Translations under genes and position numbers: made by a program | Notes under the pieces: generated by a model | The model's input: only the letters and a program-made list of their open reading frames with translations | Databases searched by the model: none | Told to the model about the DNA's origin: nothing | NCBI GenBank assembly: GCA_965203295.1 | Contig: CBDBCZ010000012.1 | Location: 128,001-192,000 of the forward strand | DNA: 64,000 nucleotides | Direction of reading: 5' to 3' | Source of the DNA: Nitrospirales bacterium | GTDB taxonomy: Bacteria; Nitrospirota; Nitrospiria; Nitrospirales; UBA8639 | Shown: piece by piece, positions 25,401 to 37,539 of the stretch | Numbering within the stretch: the first letter of the stretch is position 1 | Layout of the letters: every line of letters starts with the position of its first letter

Positions 25401-26807
25401 TTGCAATTTCTGCATGGAATGCCATGACGGTAGACACTATCAACCAGTTGAGTGCACAGCATGCCCACACAGGCTCTCTGATCTTGGCCACTAGCTCTAT
25501 GCACGTGCTTGCTAATCAAAAAACTATACATGAAGATAAGAGTTTTGAATGCTACCTACAGGTTCGTAGTTACTGTAGAAGGCAGACATTAGACTGAAAT
25601 TATTACTATAGCAGAAGTCTGATTAATTAGTCCTGAGGTGGCAGCTGTTCATGTACTCATGTACAAAGGAAGATCTCCAGTGGTTACTTTGCTGTCACAG
25701 ACTTGGTAGCTATTGTTATTTATCGTAATTCAAGTACACATCATAGCAACATTGCAGGGAATGCAGTTTTGTTGGTGATTCAATTTCAAACCAGAAGGCT
25801 TGTTATAGCCTTCTTGTTGATTAAGGAATTAATCATCCAAACACTCCTCTACGTATGGACATTTGGGTGAGAGATTTGCCTATCTACGGTTTAGAGATGC
25901 TCACACAATCTGGTGGTAATGTTTGGTAGCAGTTCCAAATGTTGCACCATATGTATCCTTAATAGGACAGTATCCACCATACCTACAGAAGAAAAAAAAA
26001 GGAAATTTGCCTTATTCCAAGGCTCTCCCCGGCCAATGAATTCAAAACTAATGGCAGAAGCATTTTCTTGTGAACTGGAAACTACCACCTCAGTCTGTGA
26101 ATTGGTACTAACTGATAAACTGTATTGTACATTTAATAAATCTGTGTGTGGCACTAATCCCAAATAAACCCAAACCTCTAAAATACAGGCATATGGTTCA
26201 AGATTCAGGGTACAATAAATCTTATAGGAGTCAATGTGCTGATTTTGGAAACTGGCTTATGAGCATACCTGGTAACCCACCTCATGTTGCTGATGAGGTT
26301 TAGTTTCTGAATTGAGTTAGTGCGTTTACACATCCATGTATATCGAGTTCTTTTTAAACGGGATCCTGAAATGCCTAAACAGAGCTCATGAATTCATAAA
26401 AGGAAATGCACAGTACAGTTGATAGATCGAACAAATAACAAAATATTAAGCAATGCAGGGAAAGATAAATCCTGGCACTGTGTGGGTTCCATCTCAGGAT
26501 TATATCTAGCACACTATCCATTAGAGCGCTCTTCAACTTGATGTTCGAGTCTAAATATTAAAGCTTATATATACTTCATAATGGAACTGTGGAACGTTGG
26601 CTGATGTAGCTACAGACGCTAGTGTGGCCCAAAAAGCAGCATTCAGCTACTTAGTAGAGCAGCTAAGGTTCGTGTATCTGTCCCCATCTTGCATGAAATT
26701 ATGCTGGAAATCAGACAGCAACCTTACCAATAGTTTGAAGTGTGAAGTCATGCAGCCAGCCCACGCTTGGATCAGACCATCCCCACCACCCAGACTAAGG
26801 ATTGGAC

Positions 26808-26885
26808 TAGTCTCGTTTCCAGCTCACAATCAAGGCGAAGGATACTAAAGCGGTGTTAGCCTTAGTTTTGCGCTGGTAACGAGAA
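26808..26885. mobile_element. Short palindromic MITE (TAGTCTCG...CGAGA type)
   Basis: TAGTCTCGTTTCCAGC...GCTGGTAACGAGA. Related ends occur at ~7704 (TAGCCTCGTTCCCAG) and ~9636-9646 (GAACGAGGCTA). Confidence 0.5.
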
Positions 26886-26977
26886 AACGACCTGACCCAG
26901 AAATATAGTAGTCAGATACTCTCACCCGTAATTTAAGCTACTTTTGCCTCAGGCAGATGAGCGGCAGTATCTGTTCC

Positions 26978-27170
26978 ACTTACCCTGGGATATGACTGTC
27001 AGAGCAACCTACTGAAGACCCTGCAACGTTTGGCAACACGTCCATCCAACCGTTCCTCGTCGCGTGCGCTCGCTCCTAGCTAGATCGTACGTACGTAAGC
27101 TTTAATAATAGGTCTACCTGTAGCTCCTTGAGCCCCGCCCCATTCCTAAATTGCTCTCGTGATTGGTACA
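26978..27170 (-). promoter_or_regulatory. Possible promoter and first non-coding exon of a minus-strand gene
   Basis: CpG-rich patch, GC box (CCCCGCCC 27133-27140), CCAAT on the minus strand (27161-27166), and a strong donor AGG|GTAAGT on the minus strand at ~26984. Confidence 0.3.
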
Positions 27171-28839
27171 TGTGAGTCTTGCCCAGCCACGTCGCCTTAT
27201 ATCTAGCTGTAATAGCTAGCTCAAGTTATGACGGTCCTGACGATACTGGGGGTGAAGTGTCTAGACGAGGCTATGTACCAACAGGCACAGCACTTTCTCC
27301 AGGTACGCGGTGGAAAAGAAAATATACCCGTGCTCTAATCACATGCTATTTTACTAGTCTCTCGGGCTAGACTATTTTAACGAGGGAGGAGTGTAGTCTG
27401 GTGACTATTGCCGCAGTTCCGTTCCTTTATGCAAATTATGTAAATACTGTAGGGCGTCACATAAGGGAGTGTATAGTACTTTATAGCGAAAAGCATGTTA
27501 TGTCGTTAGTCTTGCAAGCCAGTTGATCTCGCGAAAGTTGATCTTGTGTGTAACAGAGTTTCTTACCTTTTAAACTTAACATGAAACACTAGCAAGTAGC
27601 ATAGAGACTTACCGCTACACGGAAGGCTCACAACACGTCTCTCCCTTGTACAAATCACTTGACCACTGTAGTTCCAGCTTTGGACGTAGCTGCATGAGTG
27701 TATTCGAAAAAAAAATTGAGGGTAGCTAGCTTCATAATGTTGCTACTATACCACATGACCTCGCATATACCCGAATTTAATTACTCTCTATTTAACACCC
27801 TTTGTGACGTTAGGGTTGGGGTTGCAGTTAGGCAACATACAGTAGGAGTTAATTTCCGTATTTCTGGTACAATACAGCATAATCCACTCTGGAGTAGCAG
27901 TTACACATGTTTTAGCAGTAGTGATGCACTTAATGTTCCCTTCATAGAAAATGAGGCACTCAAACTTCTGATATTCTGGTATTATTTGAAGGTTTACCTC
28001 TCATTGTAGGTCCCATGTTTGTAAAGGCCTGGTTTGAATCCTAGCTGCTTTTCTTTTACAAAACGTAGGGACCAGTGATCACTCTTGCATACAGTGCCAT
28101 CACATCTACCTTTATCCCGTAGTATTCAGTGCCTTCATTTGTTGCTACAGAGAGAGTGGACAATAGTAATGATCCATCCCTGTACTATCTCACTACTATC
28201 GCCCCCTGAAGGTGTTTTGTGCTAGTGATGAAAATATTCAATCTATACAGCTTGAGGAAGTTGAAAGGGCAATAGGGGTTTGATAGGAGGAAAGTCTGAA
28301 CAAAGAGCAAACTGCTTGAAAGGAAACCACTGTATGTCTGCATGGGGTTGGAAGTGGTGTAGTAGATTATTTTACCTTGGGGGGCTACAATATTGATCTC
28401 TATCTAAGTTGACTTCATGAATCTGAATCCTCATATGGTATACCTGATTTAGCAGTATTGATACATACCGTCACTATCCTCAAAGTTTAAGGGTCCTACT
28501 TTGTAGGCACCCAAGTATGGAGGGTGTAAGGAAGAGGATAGGGTTCTTTAGATGGGTACTGTCGTAGTTTTCACTTCTTCTGATCAGCTGAAGAATGTCT
28601 ACAGCCCTTTACGTTTTCAGTGCACTCAAATTCTGCTTCAGCCTGTGGGTAGTCTGTGCATGCCTCCTGAATGCATTGTTGCTTGTTCCATTGGTTTTTG
28701 GGGAAGTGTTTTTTTTGGTGGAAGTGCATCTGTACATGACTGGTTTTGCACTTTTTTGAAAGTGCTTTTTTCATTATTGCCTTGTTATGTGTACTCTAAG
28801 TTTTCTAGTGCTGAATGTGGCGGTTTACCTCAGAAAACA

Positions 28840-30291
28840 GCAGTTGAAAAGCACAGCCTCAATACTAAAACTTAAGGATAACTAATGGAGAAACACCAAT
28901 AAATTTGAGAAAGGCAGCCTAAATACTAAAACTGAAGACTAACAGACAAAAACTAATACATTCGATAAACACGGCATAAATACTAAAATTCTAGACTAAC
29001 TAATGCACAGACACTAAGTCAGTCAAAAAACAGGGCCTCAATACTAAAATGCAAGACTAACTAAATGACAGACAGTAATAAAGTCGAGAAAGGCGGCCTG
29101 AGTATTAAAACTCATGACAAACTGACAAACAGACTCCCATACAGTCAATAAACATGGCTTAAATACAAAAACTCAATAGGCAGAGACTTACGCATGCCAG
29201 CGACACGGCTTAAATACTGAAACTGCTAACTAACTAACCCATAGACACTAATACTGTTGAGGAACACAGCCTAAAGAGTAAACTTCAAGACTACCTAACA
29301 GACACACTATTACAATCAAGAAAGTCGGCCTAAATATTGAAACTCAAGACTAGCTAACAGATAGACAGACAGACATAATACAGTCGAGAAACATAGCCTA
29401 AATACTAAAACTCAAAACTAACTAACAGACAACCTCTACTACAGTTGAGAAACATGGCCTAAATAGTGGAAGTCGAGACGAACTAATAGACAAACGCATG
29501 CCAGAAACATGGCCTAAAAACTAAAACGCAAAACTAACTAGTAGATAGGCGCTAATACAGTCGATAAACACTAAGTTATTACTAAAACTCATAACTAAAG
29601 AACAGACAGACTTTAATACAGTCGAGAAACACGGCTTAAAGACTAGAACTGAAGACTAACGGGCAGACAGACACTAATACAGTCGAGAAACAATTGCTAA
29701 GTACTAAAACTCAAGACTAACTAACAGACAGACACTAATTAGTACAGTCGAAAAACGCGGACTAAATACTAAAACTCAATGCTAACTAACTGACAGAAAA
29801 TTAGTAGTCGAGCAACACAACGTAAATACTAAAACTCAAGCCTAGCTAACAGTCAGACACTTATACAGTCGAGAAACATGGCTTGAATACTACAACCCAA
29901 GACTAACTAACAGACAGGCACTAATACAGCCAAAAAACATGGCTTAGATACAAGACTAGCCAAAAAACATGGCTTAGATACAAGACTAGTTAACAGACAG
30001 AGAATATGCATGCCAGAATCTAGGCCTAAAAACTGCAACTGCAAACTGAGGAGCAGACGCTAATACGATCGGGAAACACAGCCTACAGACTAAAACTTAG
30101 AACTAACTAACAGACAGGCACTACTACATTCAAGAAACACGGCTTAGGTGCTAATACTCAAAACTAACGAACAGACAGACTAATACAATCGACAAACACG
30201 GCCTAACTAAAAGTTAGACGCTAATACATTCGTAAAACAAGGCTTAGGTACTAAAACTCAAGACTACCTCGCAGACTGACAGACGCTAATA
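28840..30291 (+). repeat. Satellite B: ~60-bp tandem repeat, roughly 24 diverged copies
   Basis: Consensus approximately CTAAATACTAAAACTCAAGACTAACTAACAGACAGACACTAATACAGTCGAGAAACACGGC, with spacing of 59-65 bp. Exact internal 30-bp duplication at 29929-29988. Confidence 0.92.
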
Positions 30292-31360
30292 GAGTAAGCC
30301 ACTATTGGTCTGCCACCAGGTATATTCAGACGTGGTAGCGCCGAGTGTGTAAATTACCGGAAGTGGGCGGGATAGTACAAACCCTTTGCACTTTAAGTTG
30401 AAGTTTGGTGTTCCTCCATTGCTTGGTTCTGGAGCTACATGTATCGCCTTCCAAATTTAAATTCGGGCAAAGCTATGATTGGGCAAATCTATATATTGTC
30501 GGTCTCTGTTCCGTGTTTCCTCCCTGAAGCAATTTTCGGAGTTCTTTCTTTATTATTGGGAAGCCCCAGTACCATGCTGCCGCACGCCAACCTTTCGCCA
30601 TAGTAGCTGCTTTGAGCACAGAGGGTGCTGCTGAATGTATGGCTGTGTCACAATCTCTATAATTGGACAGTGGATTTCGAATTTTTTTCTGTTTATAGAC
30701 CCCATAACACTCTGTAGCGCTAGCATTTGGATATTGTTGTAAAGTACAGGTACTTAGCAGCACAACTGTGCAAGCCCGATGTTTACACGTACGTGCTATG
30801 GTTCTCAAGATAGAGCTGTTCGTCTTAATGCTGAAGCTTTTAGTGTACGAAATCAGGTAAAGCAGCTCTATCTCGGGAAGGACGCGACATCTAAACATCA
30901 ATTAAACTTGCACCGTTGTGTTGCTAAGTGTCTACATTCCCAATGATATCCCAATCTTAGCATTGGAGAGTGTCTTGGGCTCCTTACACCGCAAAAAAAT
31001 AATCCACTGTCCGATTATGGAGAGGGTGACACGGCTCTACATTCAACAGCACTCCTCTGTGCTCAAAGCAGCAACGATGGCGAAAGGTTGGTGTGTGGCA
31101 GCATGGTAGTGGGGCTTCCCAATAATGAAGAGAGATCACCGAAAGTTGCTTCAGGGAGAAAATACAAAATGGAGGCCAGCAATACATACATTTGCCCAAT
31201 CATAGCTGTGTCCCGAATTTAAAGTTTGCTATAGCTCCAGAACCAAGCCATTGAAAAACACCAAACTTTCAACTCGAAGTGTGAAAGGGTCTTTACTATC
31301 GATGAGGGTAATTTGCACGCTCGGTGCACCAGGGGGTGGCTGGTCATCAGTAGCTTACTC
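30292..31360. mobile_element. Foldback-type non-autonomous DNA transposon with ~390-bp imperfect TIRs (GAG...CTC ends, possibly Sola-like)
   Basis: TA|GAGTAAGC ... GCTTACTC|TA. 30292-~30680 is the reverse complement of ~31000-31360; the ORF track shows SVLKAATMAKGW on both strands. Confidence 0.85.
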
Positions 31361-33190
31361 TAGTGAGTAATCCATGAATTGTAAATGAAGTTTGGTGTTT
31401 GTGCGTATAAATAAAGTTGGAGTGAATTGATGATTGTATCTGTGGTTGTTAATTGTAGTGATATGAATCAAATCTAAGAGAAATATATCGAAGTGACAAG
31501 CAGCGTTAGTCTGCAACAATCTTTAAGCTCCTCTTTGACAGTGGAAGGGAAGAGAACTTCTTATCAGTATCTGATTGCTTGCACATTTTACACGTATCGA
31601 CACGTCTTATATGGGGTCCTCACTTTCACAAAATACATAAATTACAGCATTTCCATGAACTACACAAGTGAAAATCTATTGTACCACAGTTACAAGTTTC
31701 TGTTCTATATATACTATGTGTCTTGGAGAATGGTCCATAAAGTACTAGTCAATGCCTCAGTATCTAATTGGCTAAATGCAAAAAATTTAATGTTGGGGCT
31801 AACATGGCTGCATGTGATTGTATTTAGGGCTCAGTTGATATATAGCTCTGTACATACACTAAATGAAATGTTACAGTTTTAGAGACCTCTAACAATCCTC
31901 TAAGCATGTGTTGGTGTACATTAAGAGATTCTAATCCCTTCAGGTACTCCATATCCTTCCTCTTCAGGTTCTTCCTCACTTAGAACAGTTTGAGTGTATC
32001 TACCTCTGGCTGGGAAGTGATGTCCAGTCCAGGCAAGCTGCAGCACAGTTGCTAAGAAGCTTAATGTCGACCGGTGTTATCTGGTCTGGTGAGTCCATCA
32101 GGAGTCATACATGTAGCTCTCTTCATGAGTGCATGTGCTGAGTAGCTACATGCACTTGTTCGTGTGTAGTCATAAACGTATGTACATTCAAGTATGCATA
32201 TGCATTAAGTTACTTGAATGACAATATGTGAATGGGTTCATGAAAACCCGGCAGGTTGGTACTCCCTTTTTTAAAATACTTTTACTGTCATGTATCTCAA
32301 TGTCTTTGGTCATTACCTTTAATAACGTAATGTATGTCAACCGCAGCTTGTTAGAAATTTACCGCTCAATCTGTTTCCAAGGTATTTGCCTTGGTACCAC
32401 CGATGTTTTCGGATGTTGCTGTGTTATGAATGGTCCCGTGTCTCCCTCGTGATGGTGCTTTAAAGAAATGCGGCCATGCTTCACAAATAGGGTCACACAT
32501 ATAATGCACATGTATTTTATCTTCAGCAGTTGCTAACCTGAATGGTCCATCTCCTTCCCTGTACCCCTTGCAGTTCAACGGAGGATCAAGGGAACATACC
32601 CACTGCTCTGCAACTCTGAACAGAGACCTTGACTTAAAAGCTGCTATAACATCAGCTACACCTTTCACACACAAGAAGATCTTAACATTTCAGCAGGTAT
32701 GTGTTTCCCTATTGAGGCTACACTGCCTAATCATGTGGCAGAGCTTATCCTCATTTGTAGGTGCTGTACTCCTGTAGTTATTGCTGAACAAAATGAGGCC
32801 CACAAATGGAATCTCAGCTAGTTGTTGTTTAATTATCAATCAAATTAGAGTGCACACCTATGGTAGGCGAACAGAGTTGTGGGTGTAAGTGGGGCAGGTG
32901 AAAGAAGCGGATGTAGTGATATACTGCTTTGGCGTACATCTTTTTCTCAGAGAGCTTATCATCTCTTGAAGAGTTTGCAATGTGACTACTTAGTTTTCAG
33001 TTCTGTATCTTTGGTGGTTTAAGGCAGACTGATCCAGGCTAAGTTTGGATGTAGCTATTTTATTGTGGTTGAGATGGGGGAGAGGCCTAATGAGAGAGTA
33101 ATTAAGCTGAAAATTGGCAGGGTCCTACTGGCAAGTACTACTAGCGGGTTTAGTGGCTATATAAAGCTTGCCTACTGCTCCTCTGCGGAG

Positions 33191-33267
33191 GGGATCCAGT
33201 AGCTCAGTGGTTAGAGCATCTGACTAGTATTCAGAAGGTCTTGCATTCAATCCCCTGTTGGGTCCCG
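33191..33267 (+). mobile_element. tRNA-Thr(AGT)-like sequence, probably a SINE head or pseudo-tRNA
   Basis: A box TAGCTCAGTGGTTAGAGC. Anticodon arm TCTGA-CTAGTAT-TCAGA. Acceptor-like GGGATCC/GGGTCCC. The T-arm/B box is degenerate (GCATTCAATCC). Confidence 0.75.
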
Positions 33268-34444
33268 TTGATTTCTTTGCTCTCTTAGAAAGCTTATCGT
33301 CCATTGAAGAGTTTGGAACCAAACAGCTACGAAGATTCTCCTAGGTAGCTAAATAGTAGTGAGGAAGACCAGAAATCAGCCTTATTGTGATGTACGTGAC
33401 TCATGCATAGGCTGATGGATATTAGAGTATCTATACTGTCAAATAATTATGTTCACGGTGTCTATGTTTTTCCAGCAGTGGGCATGGATGTATGTATTAA
33501 CTGTGTCCATGTTTTTAGCAGTGGACATAGAGGGTGCGTTTTCCATAGATCAACAAGCAAATGTATATGCCTTATTTTCAGCATGTGTTCCTCCGATGCT
33601 GCAGTTGTTACCCACTCTACAAAATAGAGCTACTTAATCTGTCTTCTGCATTCACGCACACATGCACACTCACGCACACACATACAATTGCACAATCATG
33701 CATATTCACTTGCACCTTGCATGCATGTAGTTGAGAGAGGAGGTATATGGAGAACTAAGCATTGCAAATGAAATTGCTGGAGTAAAGTTACATAACTGCA
33801 TGTGTGGCCCTTGCTTTGTTTCCACACAGTCAGAATTTTTTTTACATGTGTGCAAACTTGTGTATAACTGTTTACTCGTGTATACGAATGTAGATATCCG
33901 TGAATACCTCTTTGTGCATTTGTATGCTTGTGTATACCTGTGTAAACATGTGTATACTTGTGTATACCTGTGTAAACCCTTGTATACTTGTGTATACGTG
34001 TGTAAACTTGTGAATACCTGGTAATGCTAGTTTATACCCGTGTAAGCCTTTGTATACCTGTGTTTACTCATGTGTACAGGTGTAGATACCGTGTATACTT
34101 CTTTATACCTGTGTATACTTGTATATAATGTGTATACATGTGCATACATGTGTATACCCGCGTATACTTGTGTATACCTGTGTTTACTCATGTATGCAAA
34201 TATAGATACCTGTTATACCTGTGTATACTTGTGTATACGTGTGTATACATGTGCATACGTGTGTATACCTGCATGTACTTGTGTATACCTGTGTTTACTC
34301 ATGTATACAAATGTAGATACTCGTGTATACCTGTGTGTACTTGAGAACACCTGTGTATACATTTGCGTACTTGTGTATACCCTCGTATACTTGTGTATTC
34401 CTGTTTACTCGTGCATACAAATGTAGATACTAGTGTATACCTCT

Positions 34445-35096
34445 ATTTATTATATACTGCCAGGTGTACTAACAATATTTTCCTATAGACCGGATAGGTA
34501 ATATTCCCCCGTATTGCCTACCCGTTATTGCCTTTTGCGTGGGCAGAGCGCGTGCGCGTTTAGTCTACAGTAAAAATTTACAGTGAAGTTATAGTTTATT
34601 GAAGCAATGGAAGCTACTCAGCTACAAAAAGCTGGCGAAAGGAATGCTTCTGTCGTAGAGGAGCCGTCTAAGTAAAAAAGAAGTGAAAGGCTAGGTCATA
34701 GTGTCGTTCAGTGACCCCTCCCACTCGTCCCACCAGCCGTTATTTATTGTCGAGTAGCTCTCCAAGATAAATAAAGTTAATCTAGCCTACAGTTGCAAGC
34801 CTATTTCTCTTTCGTAGTTTGTAAGAGCTATTTTGCGCTTTGTTATACGTTGCTGCTGTGTATCCAATCGTCCTTTACGTTACGGTAGGCGTGGCTTTGT
34901 TTGGCAGTGAGTTTGTCAACCTAGCAAAACTGCTTGGAGATAGTATATAATAAATCTATCATTACACTCGGGAGAGGATGATATGGCTAGGCATTGCACT
35001 CTTGTGTAGTATTTTCCCTCGCCTTCAGCTCGAAGAAAATACCTACACACTCGTGCAAAACCTATCCATAGTACCCTCTCACTCATGTAATAATAT
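34445..35096. mobile_element. Crypton-like hairpin element inserted in satellite A
   Basis: Non-satellite sequence. ATTTATTATATACT (34445) is inverted to AGTATATAATAAAT (34942). Terminal hairpin 34958-35094 is centred on CCCTCGCCTTCAGCTCG. The satellite phase resumes as at 41400-41420. Confidence 0.7.
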
Positions 35097-35643
35097 ATAT
35101 ATCTGTGCATAGTTGTGTGTATCTGTAATACATGTACATACGTGTGTATACTCACGTATACTTGTGTATACATGTGTTTACTCGTGTATACAAATGTAGT
35201 TAACCGTGTATACTTGTTTACACTTATGTATACCACATGTATATATGTGCATACATGTGTATACCTACGCATACGTATGTATACAAATGTAGATACACAT
35301 ATATACCTCTTTATACCTGTGTATACCTGTGTATACCTTTGTATACATGTGCATACGTATGTATAACCATTTATCCTTGTGTATACCTGTGTTTACTCGT
35401 GTATACAAGTGTAGATACCCGTTTATACCTCTTTACACCAGTGTATAGTTGTGTATACCTGTGTATACATCTGCATACATGTGTATACTCACGTAGACTT
35501 GTTTATACCTGTGTTTACTTGTGAATGCAAGAGTATATACCCGTGTATACCTTTTTATACTAGAGTATACTTATGTGTGTCTGTGCATACAGTGCATACG
35601 TCTGTATACCCGCGTACACTTGTGTATACCTGTGTTTACTCGT

Positions 35644-36801
35644 TGTAGCGGACTGAGCTCTACTTTTCGACACCAAAACCAGATACTGATGGAGGACTAA
35701 AGACAAACACTGTACAATAACCAACACTTAAATACTGAAGAGCCTAGCAATGGAAATCACACCTACTACAACAGAGACAAACAAAATACCTAACACTAGC
35801 CCCTATTAACAGTACTTCACACTAACTACACATCAATAGAACACACATAGTGACACAGTTAACAGTCCGTTACACCTCTCACTCCTTCTCCGGCAGCAAA
35901 CTAGTTTGCTGAAACAGGTGCAGCCTCTTCTGAACTCTTTGATGGCACTTCTGCTCCTTTGCTTCCTCGTGGGCTCTATTCGATCTCTCTTCCTTGTGCA
36001 GCTCTCTGTAGACTCTTCCGAGTTCTCGTAGCACTCTCTAATCTGCGATACTCTCCAGTTCTCCGCTTCTTCACGTAGCGACCCCAGCCCGGTAACACAT
36101 ACACACGGTACGGGTACTTGTGCACACACTCTCAGCGGTACACTACACGGCTTTCCGCAACGGCTTCTCTCGATGTAACGCACGGCCCCAAATGCTTGGC
36201 AACACATGCCCTCTGCACTCTCCTTCCGGCAACTCCACGTATAGGCGTCCACACATAGGCGGTCCTCCTGACCCCTCTGACACCTGCTTTCGCCCCTCAG
36301 CGATCCTATCTCTCTCTCAGGCACTCCTTGCCCTCTTGCGGCCCTCGCTCCTAGCGACCTTTGCACTCTTGGCAGCTTACACTCTCTAAATATTTTACAC
36401 TGGCCTCTCTCTGGGTAGCCGTTGCTCGCTCATCACCTGCGGTATGCTTGCCGGCCGTCGCTCACTCTTTAAAACAACCTGCTCGCTCCTCGTACTGAAC
36501 TCTTCTGCTGCATTCGCGTATGGGCCCTGCCGCCGACTGGCGAGCAGTGAATCCCACCGCTGCCGCCAACTGTAGCGGACCGAGCTCTACTTTTCGACAC
36601 CAAATCCAGATACTGATGGAGGACTAAAGACGAACACTGTACAATAACCAACACTTAAATACTGAATAGCCTAGCGATGGAAATCACACCTACTACAACA
36701 GAGACAAACAAAATACCTAACACTAGCACCTATTAACAGTACTTCACACTAACTACACATCAAAAGAACACACATAGTGACGCAGTTAACAGTCCGTTAC
36801 A
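35644..36801 (-). mobile_element. Miniature non-autonomous LTR retrotransposon (TRIM-like), 1158 bp
   Basis: Two 231-bp LTRs TGT...ACA (35644-35874, 36571-36801; 8 mismatches counted). 5-bp TSD CTCGT. PBS TGGCGGCAGCGGTGGGATT matches the tRNA-Leu 3' end (minus strand, 36568-36550). PPT GGAGAAGGAGTGAGAGG lies next to 35874. Confidence 0.96.
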
Positions 36802-37539
36802 CTCGTGTATGCAAATGTAGATATCCTTGAATACTTTGTGAATTTCTATGCTTGGTATACCTGTGGATATGTGTGTGTACTTGTGTATACTTGTGTAAAC
36901 CCGTGTATACTTGTGTACACTTGTGTATACTGTTACATACCTGCGTATACATGTGTATACACGTGTAAAGTCATGTATACTTGTGTATACCTGTGTATAC
37001 CCGTGTAAACTTGTGTGCACCTGGTAATACTAGTTTATACTCGTGTATCCATTTGTATACCTGTGTGTAATCATTCAAACACATGTATACTGTGTATACT
37101 TATGTATATTTGTGTATATATACCTGTGTAAACTTGTGAAAACCTGGTAATACTAGTTTATATCAGTGTAAGCCTTTGTATACCTGTGTTTACTCATGTG
37201 TACAGGTGTAGATACCTGTGTATACTTCTTTATACCTGTGTATACTTGTGTATAACTTTTTATACATGTGCACACGTGTGTATACCCACGTATACGTGTG
37301 TATACCGGTGTTCATTTGTGTATACAAATGTAGATACCCATGTATACCTCCTCATACCTATGCATACTTGTGGATACCTGTGTATACATGTGCATAGGTG
37401 TGTATACCCACGCATACTTGTGTATACAAATGTTGATACCCATATATATTGCTTTATACCTGTGTATACTTTTGTATTATGTGCATATGTGTGTATACCC
37501 GCGTATACGTATGTATACAAATGTAGATACACGTATATA

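Noticed and set aside
30473..31109. ORFs sharing SVLKAATMAKGW as duplicated genes
   Set aside because: They are the two arms of one inverted repeat.
33191..33267. Functional tRNA-Thr gene
   Set aside because: The T-arm and B box are degenerate and the arm spacing is irregular, so it is better read as a SINE head or pseudogene.
35833..36366. 177-aa ORF as gag or another LTR-element protein
   Set aside because: No CCHC knuckle, protease or RT motif is recognisable, and the ORF runs through the PPT into the LTR.
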